A stretch of DNA of 51,231 bases, from positions 64,001-115,231 of the IMG/VR virus record IMGVR_UViG_3300049482_000044. One strand, given 5' to 3'. Each line of letters opens with the position of its first letter. Position 1 is the first letter of the stretch. A program made the translations under genes and the position numbers. Of this stretch, positions 1 to 6,784 are shown in pieces. Under the pieces are notes generated by a model that was given only the letters and a program-made list of their open reading frames with translations, was not told the origin of the DNA and searched no databases. The stretch comes from a virus (Duplodnaviria > Heunggongvirae > Uroviricota > Caudoviricetes).

Positions 1-266
1 AGGGCGGTTAGTGACTCGAAGCCATAGATAACGTGCTCGTGCTTCGGCATGCTAAGCCCATCCTCACGAGGGGCGGGACGGGCAATGCTCGTGTCATGCA
101 TGAGGCGGGTATGAAGATCATCGGCGTCCCAGGACTCACACTCAGGGCGGTGGTCGATAGCAGCATTACACGTACAGTATTCACGCTCGAACTTACGCAT
201 ATGCGGAAGCGCGCCCGCATACGGACCATGACGCCTTACCTTGTGCTCAACCCGGAATACCCTCAT
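1..266 (-). CDS. Hypothetical phage protein, partial (runs off the left edge; not in the ORF track)
   Basis: Manual translation from ATG at 266: MRVFRVEHKVRRHGPYAGALPHMRKFEREYCTC...PAPREDG...IYGFESLTA, open to the edge. The RVxRVE..GPY / P.P.ED / GFESL pattern resembles a common small phage protein family (recall). Confidence 0.65.
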   Translation of the reverse strand, partial: MRVFRVEHKVRRHGPYAGALPHMRKFEREYCTCNAAIDHRPECESWDADDLHTRLMHDTSIARPAPREDGLSMPKHEHVIYGFESLTA

Positions 267-372
267 ACAGAGAACCTATCATATGGGTATGACAGTCGTC
301 TAGATCCTGGCAACTTTCCAGCATATCGTAACCTAGTCGTAACCTAGCCTTGACAGACGGGGTAAGACCTTG

Positions 373-388
373 CCCCGCCGAAGCGGGG
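373..388 (-). terminator. GC-rich hairpin with cUUCGg loop on the minus strand
   Basis: CCCCGC-TTCG-GCGGGG on the minus strand, intergenic, nested inside the CTTGACA/TGTCAAG inverted repeat (349-355/391-397). Confidence 0.5.
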
Positions 389-427
389 TTTGTCAAGCAG
401 CCTATGGTAACGATTCGGTAACGGTTG

Positions 428-538
428 TTATCGAACGAAGTTACGAAACGCCTGTGCGATTCGCTGAATTGTAGACAAATACATGTAGTCATTCAGGTAC
501 GCAATAGCATTTCGCCTTTCCTTGCGTGACAATGCCAT
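428..538 (-). CDS. Small hypothetical protein, 36 aa (not in the ORF track)
   Basis: MALSRKERRNAIAYLNDYMYLSTIQRIAQAFRNFVR*; starts 1 nt after the stop of the upstream leftward ORF. Confidence 0.5.
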   Translation of the reverse strand: MALSRKERRNAIAYLNDYMYLSTIQRIAQAFRNFVR

Positions 539-539
539 G

Positions 540-689
540 CTAGACATTGCGTGTACCTACCCATTCTAGCGCTGCGCGCTTAGTGCTGAAAGCGTTAATG
601 ATAACGCCATTGTTGATTACCATCCAAATGCCAATCAGCATATTGGGGTAACGGTGGGCGGTAAGGCGCGTGACCTTCTCAATACGCAT
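540..689 (-). CDS. Small hypothetical protein, 49 aa (not in the ORF track)
   Basis: MRIEKVTRLTAHRYPNMLIGIWMVINNGVIINAFSTKRAALEWVGTRNV*; TGATG overlap with the upstream ORF stop. Confidence 0.6.
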   Translation of the reverse strand: MRIEKVTRLTAHRYPNMLIGIWMVINNGVIINAFSTKRAALEWVGTRNV

Positions 690-910
690 CAGAGAACACC
701 CTTTCCAAAGTCACTAACGGGGGTCTGTACCAGCACGGTAACGAATGCGTTATACGTGCGAGCGATGAGCCTACCCTGGGCAGATACGCCGGTGAGGGTG
801 ACGTCAGAGCCGTTACGTACGGTACGCTTGATTACGTAGGCGCACGTACCCATGAGGGCCGACTCACCTACGGTGATCCTTGCGCTTGCCTTGCTTTCGA
901 TCTTGATCAT
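689..910 (-). CDS. Hypothetical protein
   Basis: ORF 689-967; likely start at ATG 910 (MIKIESK...); coupled to the downstream ORF. Confidence 0.5.
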   Translation of the reverse strand: MIKIESKASARITVGESALMGTCAYVIKRTVRNGSDVTLTGVSAQGRLIARTYNAFVTVLVQTPVSDFGKGVL

Positions 911-976
911 CAGACTGTCTCTCTCTTTGTTGATACCCCTAGCGTAGCAGCAGGGGCAGACAGTCACACGCTGATT

Positions 977-995
977 GGCACCCGAATAGGGTGCC
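977..995. terminator. Perfect 7-bp hairpin (possible terminator or operator)
   Basis: GGCACCC-gaata-GGGTGCC, intergenic. Confidence 0.4.
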
Positions 996-1140
996 GTTAT
1001 CGTATCGTTATGGGCGCACTATTCGAACATACGTATAGTCAGAAAAAAGCGGAATTATACAAGTGGTAATTTTATTCGTATTTTAGTTTTTTCAAATTTT
1101 ATTAAAAATAGACATATTTGAATAATATAATGGAACAGCG

Positions 1141-1404
1141 TTACGAAACTGGCACCCATACCGGCTGTAGTTCGACATATACACGAAAACAGTCAGACAG
1201 GAACTCTTTGTAGCCTCTGGGAGTATTTCTGTCCGCTTCCCACGGCACTGCGTACACAATGTCCTTGTCTACTCTTACTATAGCAAGACAACGATCAGAG
1301 TCATATTGTTCTTTTATCGTCTCGAACCCCGCCTTGGAATACCTGAAATACCCCGGCTCACTATCTGCTGCTAGTATTCTGTCGATAAAATCTTGTTTAA
1401 TCAT
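1141..1404 (-). CDS. Hypothetical protein
   Basis: 87-aa ORF in a tightly packed leftward operon. Confidence 0.7.
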   Translation of the reverse strand: MIKQDFIDRILAADSEPGYFRYSKAGFETIKEQYDSDRCLAIVRVDKDIVYAVPWEADRNTPRGYKEFLSDCFRVYVELQPVWVPVS

Positions 1405-1591
1405 GTGGTTTCCTTAGTATAGTCTTCAATACTACTGTAGTTATGTCTTCTAGTATCTGTCTACGTATGTCTCCTAGCGCCCCGCCCAGACGGTTCATGC
1501 TGGCGCTGAACGTGTCGCACTGATATCTATGATGATATTCGACATTGACCTGATTGCCGGTTATATTGCGACCGCACTTATCACAACGCAT
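1397..1591 (-). CDS. Hypothetical protein with N-terminal CxxC
   Basis: MRCDKCG start; overlaps the next gene by 8 nt. Confidence 0.6.
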   Translation of the reverse strand: MRCDKCGRNITGNQVNVEYHHRYQCDTFSASMNRLGGALGDIRRQILEDITTVVLKTILRKPHD

Positions 1592-1657
1592 ACTGCACCT
1601 GCCAATACAAAGTATTTAGCACAGTATACGGCTAGACTGACACGGAAGCATAATGCC

Positions 1658-1936
1658 TCAAACGGAGCGGCGTTCATACGTGATCACCGCATGACAGTTA
1701 CTGCAACGAACATCACATTTGATAATCTCTAGCAATATAGCCTGCGTACTGTATCTACCAGGCATATCTGCTATATTCTGGCGCTTGTCGTTGCCAGGAC
1801 GATGATCAAACTGCAATGCTCGTGGGTTTTTGTCATAGCCACAGTCTTTGCACGATTCAGCAATTTTATATGCGTCGATCAGATCGCGCTGATGCTGAGC
1901 CAGTTCAGACCTGCTGAATAAGGATTCTGCCTTCAC
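1658..1936 (-). CDS. HNH endonuclease
   Basis: CKDCG...LQFDHR...KCDVRCSNCHAVIT: two CxxC pairs plus the HNH-type DH...N.H motif. Confidence 0.85.
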   Translation of the reverse strand: MKAESLFSRSELAQHQRDLIDAYKIAESCKDCGYDKNPRALQFDHRPGNDKRQNIADMPGRYSTQAILLEIIKCDVRCSNCHAVITYERRSV

Positions 1937-2045
1937 TGTCCGAGTCCTTGAACCATATCTCTATTTCTCTCAATGCTTCGGTCAGGGTAATATATTCTTG
2001 GACGTCAACTATCAGATTAAAATATAGATAACTGACGCGATACAT
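1905..2045 (-). CDS. Small hypothetical protein, 46 aa (not in the ORF track)
   Basis: MYRVSYLYFNLIVDVQEYITLTEALREIEIWFKDSDSEGRILIQQV*; TGATG overlap with the 2045-2305 stop; fills the gap in the operon. Confidence 0.5.
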   Translation of the reverse strand: MYRVSYLYFNLIVDVQEYITLTEALREIEIWFKDSDSEGRILIQQV

Positions 2046-2305
2046 CAGGCTCCGTGCAGTTCCTGCAGCAGTTTAACTACGTCAGGATCTTCGGTGAAGT
2101 TCTCGAACTGCCAGATAAAAGCCTGTTCCTGATCATCGGACGTGATGCTCCGAACGTGAACAATGCCTTCCATTACTACAACGTCAACATAACCGTTATG
2201 GGTAAATGACCTGTATACGTCTAGTGTCTTGTCATCTATGGTTACTGGGTCTATTTCAGACCAGTCCCCGCCGATTCTTTGGGTTAGTGCCAGTGTTTCC
2301 ATCAC
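2045..2305 (-). CDS. Hypothetical protein
   Basis: 86-aa ORF with a 4-nt overlap to the upstream gene. Confidence 0.7.
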   Translation of the reverse strand: MMETLALTQRIGGDWSEIDPVTIDDKTLDVYRSFTHNGYVDVVVMEGIVHVRSITSDDQEQAFIWQFENFTEDPDVVKLLQELHGA

Positions 2306-2520
2306 TTACCTCGCTTGGTTGCTCTACGGTCGCGGCGGATAAAGCCACGCTGCGCTGATTCTGCTTTTTCGATGTCTGTCAGCGGCTTGGGGCCGGTAGT
2401 TAGTTCCGGCTTGGTCTTTGTAATCTTGATGGACATGTTTTCCATCAATTCCTCAGAAATCGATAGACCTTCCGCATTGCGGACCTTAGTCTTACCCGAT
2501 AGCGTCTTATTCTTATTCAT
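2302..2520 (-). CDS. Hypothetical basic protein
   Basis: 72-aa Lys/Arg-rich ORF, operon-coupled. Confidence 0.6.
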   Translation of the reverse strand: MNKNKTLSGKTKVRNAEGLSISEELMENMSIKITKTKPELTTGPKPLTDIEKAESAQRGFIRRDRRATKRGK

Positions 2521-2704
2521 CAGTGCCTTTCAGGGCCGGGGGAGGACTTAAAAGAACACCTTTTTCATGGCTGTTCATAATAGTCTCTACAAGTTCTTGT
2601 GACTGCAAGCCTAATAGTAGCAGCAGAACGTCATACATGCGCGATTGCTGGATATATATGGCAGTAAGGATCTCATCCACGCCTTCTAGCGTCTTTTCTT
2701 CCAT
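2513..2704 (-). CDS. Hypothetical protein
   Basis: 63-aa ORF; TAATG overlap with the upstream gene. Confidence 0.7.
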   Translation of the reverse strand: MEEKTLEGVDEILTAIYIQQSRMYDVLLLLLGLQSQELVETIMNSHEKGVLLSPPPALKGTDE

Positions 2705-3330
2705 TACTTATCCCGCCACTTCCATAGCCAATCGATGTTATCGCTAATGATATCATCTTTCACCCACCCGGAATCGAAATAGTCTGATTCGTAGCCGGGG
2801 CAGTCCAGAATGACAGCCCCCTGGTTGAGACAGGAGCGAACGTCAGTAATCGTGGCATCCATACCCTTAAAACCGACCTTCATGCCATTAACCTTGTCGA
2901 TATCTTCTGGCTGCCACCATCCAAATGCTGAGTGCTGCTGCAATTTAGTGACAATCTTGTCTACTTGAATAAGATGACGCAGCCTGTCGGCAGGATATGC
3001 CCTTACAGCATAGACCTGGATGCCATTAAAGTAGACATATGTATTAATGGTGGGCTGAATATCATCATAGCCCTTCCAGTCATTATATCGGCGCTCGTTT
3101 GTCTGAACTGTGTCCAGTTTCACATAAATACGGTTAGCCTTGGTGTCGACCATAGACATCATGCCATTAATGCTCACATATTCAGCATATGAGTCCTGAG
3201 ACTTCCATTTTGGCTCAGTTCCCTGATGCCAGTCAAAAAACTGGTCCCGTACAGGGAATTTATGGCTGGGCGGGCCAAAGGTGCCGCCCGAATTTACCTG
3301 AGACTCAGGAATTACTGTATCGCCCTGCAT
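2704..3330 (-). CDS. Hypothetical protein
   Basis: 208-aa ORF coupled by TAATG at both ends. Confidence 0.8.
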   Translation of the reverse strand: MQGDTVIPESQVNSGGTFGPPSHKFPVRDQFFDWHQGTEPKWKSQDSYAEYVSINGMMSMVDTKANRIYVKLDTVQTNERRYNDWKGYDDIQPTINTYVYFNGIQVYAVRAYPADRLRHLIQVDKIVTKLQQHSAFGWWQPEDIDKVNGMKVGFKGMDATITDVRSCLNQGAVILDCPGYESDYFDSGWVKDDIISDNIDWLWKWRDK

Positions 3331-3596
3331 CAGTTGCCATTCTGATCCGGGTACGACTGATGCTGCTTAAGCAGAATGGTGTCATCGGTGTGATGATTGT
3401 TGTACATAACCCCGCCGATTCTATTCGGCTGGAATGGACGTGTCGTGTCGGCGGTGGTAAGCGGCTCCTGCAATATTGTAACATTCGTTCCAGAAGGCAT
3501 CGCAGCGACTAAATCAGTAGCATCGCGTAGTTCTTTAAAAACTTCGGTAGCCGTGCCACCGGATAGAAAGATTTGAACTCTCATTAAAAACTCCAT
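3330..3596 (-). CDS. Hypothetical protein
   Basis: 88-aa ORF coupled to the downstream gene. Confidence 0.6.
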   Translation of the reverse strand: MEFLMRVQIFLSGGTATEVFKELRDATDLVAAMPSGTNVTILQEPLTTADTTRPFQPNRIGGVMYNNHHTDDTILLKQHQSYPDQNGN

Positions 3597-3623
3597 ACAT
3601 ATGCGTCAACAGACGACTTTCTC

Positions 3624-4319
3624 TTACACATTTATCTTCCTCCACGCATCCAAAGTAGCAGGGAATTGACTATAAACAATTTCATCAACCGCCCGCGCAT
3701 ATTCTTGGATCTCAAACTGCGCGTGCTGTTCGTTTCGCTCATCGAGGAAGTGTAGCACGGCGGCTAGGCTGACGGTCCAGCGCCAGCGAACATACATGCC
3801 ATAGGCGGGCAAGAACAGCCGGGCTTGCTCAGGCGCCAGTCCTTTTTCTAAGGCCACAGAATAAAGCGTGAGACTTCTGTCTATGTGCTCTTCTAGAGCC
3901 TCAGTCCACTGCAAGCCATCGGCGGGATATAGATTGCTTCCTGAACCCTGCTTTGAATTTTCAGGCTTGCTGCGCCATGAAGCATGGTCGGGAATATAGA
4001 ATTCCTCGTTCTCAGTGATATAACGCCTACTGGACTCGTTCCAGCCTGACATATCCTCAAGATGGGTGCTAGAAACTGCATATTTCCACCATTGGCGGGC
4101 TACCATAAGCGGAGCATAGACCTCAAACGTGATGGCAGCATGACGGAGCGGGCTTAGATGCCCCTCCCTAATCAAAAACTCAAGCAGTCGCTGATCCTTG
4201 TCAGAAAACTCTAAGGATTCCTTGTCGTAGGACACGCGGGCGGCGTTAACAATACTGCTGTCGCTACCCAAAACGTCTACAAGGCGTACGTAGCCCTTAT
4301 CTAGGATGGATAGTTTCAC
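3624..4319 (-). CDS. thyX: FAD-dependent thymidylate synthase ThyX
   Basis: GYVRLVD...IVNAARVSY, GHLSPLRHA..TFEV.APL.VARQW, WNESSRRY and PEQARLFLP motifs. Confidence 0.95.
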   Translation of the reverse strand: MKLSILDKGYVRLVDVLGSDSSIVNAARVSYDKESLEFSDKDQRLLEFLIREGHLSPLRHAAITFEVYAPLMVARQWWKYAVSSTHLEDMSGWNESSRRYITENEEFYIPDHASWRSKPENSKQGSGSNLYPADGLQWTEALEEHIDRSLTLYSVALEKGLAPEQARLFLPAYGMYVRWRWTVSLAAVLHFLDERNEQHAQFEIQEYARAVDEIVYSQFPATLDAWRKINV

Positions 4320-4639
4320 AGATCAAGTATTCTCTCTATCAGTCTTACTTTTTGTGCCTGAAATTCAGGATTGGGGTCCGAAGAATATTCAGGTATCCGT
4401 AGTTCTGTGATCCATTCAATGATCGCTGCGCGGTCCATAGGACCGTCAAGATCATCTACAGAAGTTATGCGCTCAAACGGTATTGGGCATGAGCATCCCG
4501 CATCTGTCGCAGCATAAAAAACGTTGTTTTCTGTACGCCAGATACAGGCGAAGTCAAATTCATAATCAGCGACCCTGAAATCTACCTGTCCAAACACTTC
4601 TAAACCATATGGTTCAGGGTGGTAGTAGATATAATCCAT
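4316..4639 (-). CDS. Conserved hypothetical phage protein (GCSCP motif)
   Basis: Start refined to ATG 4639 after a GAGGAG RBS; YYHPE.YGLE...DAGCSCPIPFE. Confidence 0.75.
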   Translation of the reverse strand: MDYIYYHPEPYGLEVFGQVDFRVADYEFDFACIWRTENNVFYAATDAGCSCPIPFERITSVDDLDGPMDRAAIIEWITELRIPEYSSDPNPEFQAQKVRLIERILDL

Positions 4640-4641
4640 AG

Positions 4642-4878
4642 TTACTCCTCGTCTAGCCATCTAACGTCAAAAACGCTGAGGCACTTTTTCATTTCATCAT
4701 AAGCAATAGTGCCGAGGGACATCGTCCAGTGGCAAGCCAAACAGTATAGTTCAGGCTCGTCGTTGCTGTCAAGATGGACAAAAGGGCGGGTGTGATCTAC
4801 GTCGTTTCCGCACTTAATATATGGCACCCGCCCCTCGTCCATCTTTTGTAGGTAGGCGTTAACTACTTGGATCTGCAT
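4642..4878 (-). CDS. Hypothetical zinc-binding-like protein
   Basis: KC..D.DH...YCLAC motif; 78 aa. Confidence 0.7.
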   Translation of the reverse strand: MQIQVVNAYLQKMDEGRVPYIKCGNDVDHTRPFVHLDSNDEPELYCLACHWTMSLGTIAYDEMKKCLSVFDVRWLDEE

Positions 4879-4890
4879 CCAAACAGTCTA

Positions 4891-5469
4891 TCAGAAGCAC
4901 CTGATATTTCCGCCTCGCCAATGTTTACTACCCTTCCCGTTATTCCAAGCAGCCCAGAATCCATGATCCTGATCCTGCTGGCTCCACTTCCAGATCGGAA
5001 CCTGCTTTAATTGGGGTTTACCAATCATGTAAGCAAGTCCACGAGTCCAATTCGGTAGGAACTGATACGCTCCACCCGCTTTGTTACCCTTTCTGTGAAC
5101 TGAATAGTTTCCACGGGACTCTCTAAATACAATGCACTTTCGCACATTCTCCCATCGTGGGTTGTAATTCTTGCCACGCCAAGCAGATGCTTGAACGCCG
5201 CGTACGTTACGGACCAAATTACTTGGCTTCACCTGAGGCTTATGTGTCGTTTTGACCACATATGTCTTAGTTGTCCGTTTTATACTGCGACTTACGTTGG
5301 CTTGATTACGCGAAGCCACCTTGGTAGAAGGCTTAGTGACGCTCTGCGCCGCCTCCTGAGTTACAGACTTAGCCTGAAACTGCGCTGACACTGGCTCTCG
5401 CGCTGCGGTGAGTAAGGTTACGCTCATCGCAGCAGCCAAAATGCTAGCAACTAGGTTCTTTTTCGTCAT
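4891..5469 (-). CDS. Secreted lysozyme-like transglycosylase (Rpf-like domain)
   Basis: Start at ATG 5469 after GGAGG; N-terminal signal-like segment MTKKNLVASILAAAMSVTLLTAA; C-terminal CIVFRESRGNY...AGGAYQF...W...QD motif with a catalytic-type Glu. Confidence 0.8.
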   Translation of the reverse strand: MTKKNLVASILAAAMSVTLLTAAREPVSAQFQAKSVTQEAAQSVTKPSTKVASRNQANVSRSIKRTTKTYVVKTTHKPQVKPSNLVRNVRGVQASAWRGKNYNPRWENVRKCIVFRESRGNYSVHRKGNKAGGAYQFLPNWTRGLAYMIGKPQLKQVPIWKWSQQDQDHGFWAAWNNGKGSKHWRGGNIRCF

Positions 5470-5500
5470 GTTGACCTCCGATGGCGGAAACAACTCGTCA

Positions 5501-5530
5501 AGACTACCACAGGCCGATACTACGAGTCAA
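5501..5530 (-). promoter_or_regulatory. Sigma70/HrdB-like promoter for the Rpf-like gene
   Basis: Minus strand TTGACT-18 nt-TAGTCT, preceded by TGG (extended -10). Confidence 0.6.
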
Positions 5531-5710
5531 GGGGTGATATAAACCACTTATACGTAGTTTCGTGAACTATCCTGTTTCCAGGAGATTTTGCGAAACGCTG
5601 CGTGATTAAGCGAGTTGTGCTAGCATGTCTTTAGACTTAGATATAAGAAAGATATTGCTTAAAACTAACAAAATGTAACAAAACTTAACATATAGGAAGA
5701 ATTTACGTAT

Positions 5711-6694
5711 ATGATCATCTCGTACTGGACTGACCTCGGAAATCTGAACACTTCTGTCGGATATGGAGAGGCCGGATATAACATCTGTAAGTCTTTGGTA
5801 GAACTGGGTCATAAAGTTCCCTTTGACTCCCCCGACGCACCCGTCCAGATGAGTTTTGTTCAGCCTGAATACTACGGCTTTTATGACCATCAGTATAAGA
5901 TCGGTTACACTCCGTGGGAATCAACCGCACTGCCCGAGTTTTGGTTGGAGCACATGGAGCAGTGCGACGAGATTTGGACTACAAGCCCGTGGGTTGCTAA
6001 GGTCTACCGAGACAATGGGGTCACCAAGCCTCTGTACGTTTACGAGCACGGCGTAGATAAAGTCTGGACTCCCAGGGCCAGACACCGCAGAAACAAACTG
6101 AGATTTCTCCACGTTGGCGAACCGGCCCCTCGCAAGGCGGCGCAGTTGGTTCTTGACGTGTTCCGCGAGGCTTTCGGCGACTCCGACGATGTAGAATTAA
6201 CGATCAAGGCTCACAACACCAACACGACCCGCGTGCGGGATCGTATGGGGTCGATCATTTGCACGCCCGACCAACTCAAGAACGTCAACGTCATCACGAA
6301 GGAATACTCTCGTGAGGAGATGGTCTCACTCTACCAAGGCCACCACGTCCTTGTCTACCCTTCTTGGGGGGAGGGCTTCGGATTCATCCCCGCCCAAGCA
6401 CTAGCAACAGGCATGCCTACGATCTGCACCTCGTCCTGGGCACCGTACGCAGACTGGCTTGGCGACCTAAAAGTAGACTCTCGTTTAGTTGACTCACCGT
6501 GGGAGTGGACTCACACGGGGCAGGTTTATGAGCCAAATGCCGATGATCTTTACAAGAAAATGATGCTTGCGTACGAAGATTTTGAGAATCAGTCGGATAA
6601 GTTCTTCAGTCAAGCAGAGGCTTTCCGAACAAGGTATGATTGGGTCAACCTTACTGAGAAAGCATTTGAACACATCGTTACAAAGTTTTCTTAG
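5711..6694 (+). CDS. Glycosyltransferase family 4 (GT-B)
   Basis: YTPWEST, CDEIWTTS, RFLHVGEPAPRK and LVYPSWGEGFGFIPAQALATGMP motifs. Confidence 0.9.
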   Translation: MIISYWTDLGNLNTSVGYGEAGYNICKSLVELGHKVPFDSPDAPVQMSFVQPEYYGFYDHQYKIGYTPWESTALPEFWLEHMEQCDEIWTTSPWVAKVYRDNGVTKPLYVYEHGVDKVWTPRARHRRNKLRFLHVGEPAPRKAAQLVLDVFREAFGDSDDVELTIKAHNTNTTRVRDRMGSIICTPDQLKNVNVITKEYSREEMVSLYQGHHVLVYPSWGEGFGFIPAQALATGMPTICTSSWAPYADWLGDLKVDSRLVDSPWEWTHTGQVYEPNADDLYKKMMLAYEDFENQSDKFFSQAEAFRTRYDWVNLTEKAFEHIVTKFS

Positions 6695-6784
6695 ACCGTC
6701 TGCCTTATAAAATCTGGGTAGTATGATGGAACAACTAACAAAGAAACTAGGGGTCTTTAGCGACCCCGCTGGAGGCGTACTATT

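Noticed and set aside
33-347. Plus-strand 104-aa ORF (and minus 8-229, 247-492)
   Set aside because: Shadows of a better minus-strand frame starting at 266 and of the neighbouring small leftward genes.
5531-5600. c-di-AMP (ydaO) riboswitch upstream of the Rpf-like gene
   Set aside because: The GGGGTGA element is on the wrong strand, the other consensus blocks are missing, and a promoter lies between it and the gene.
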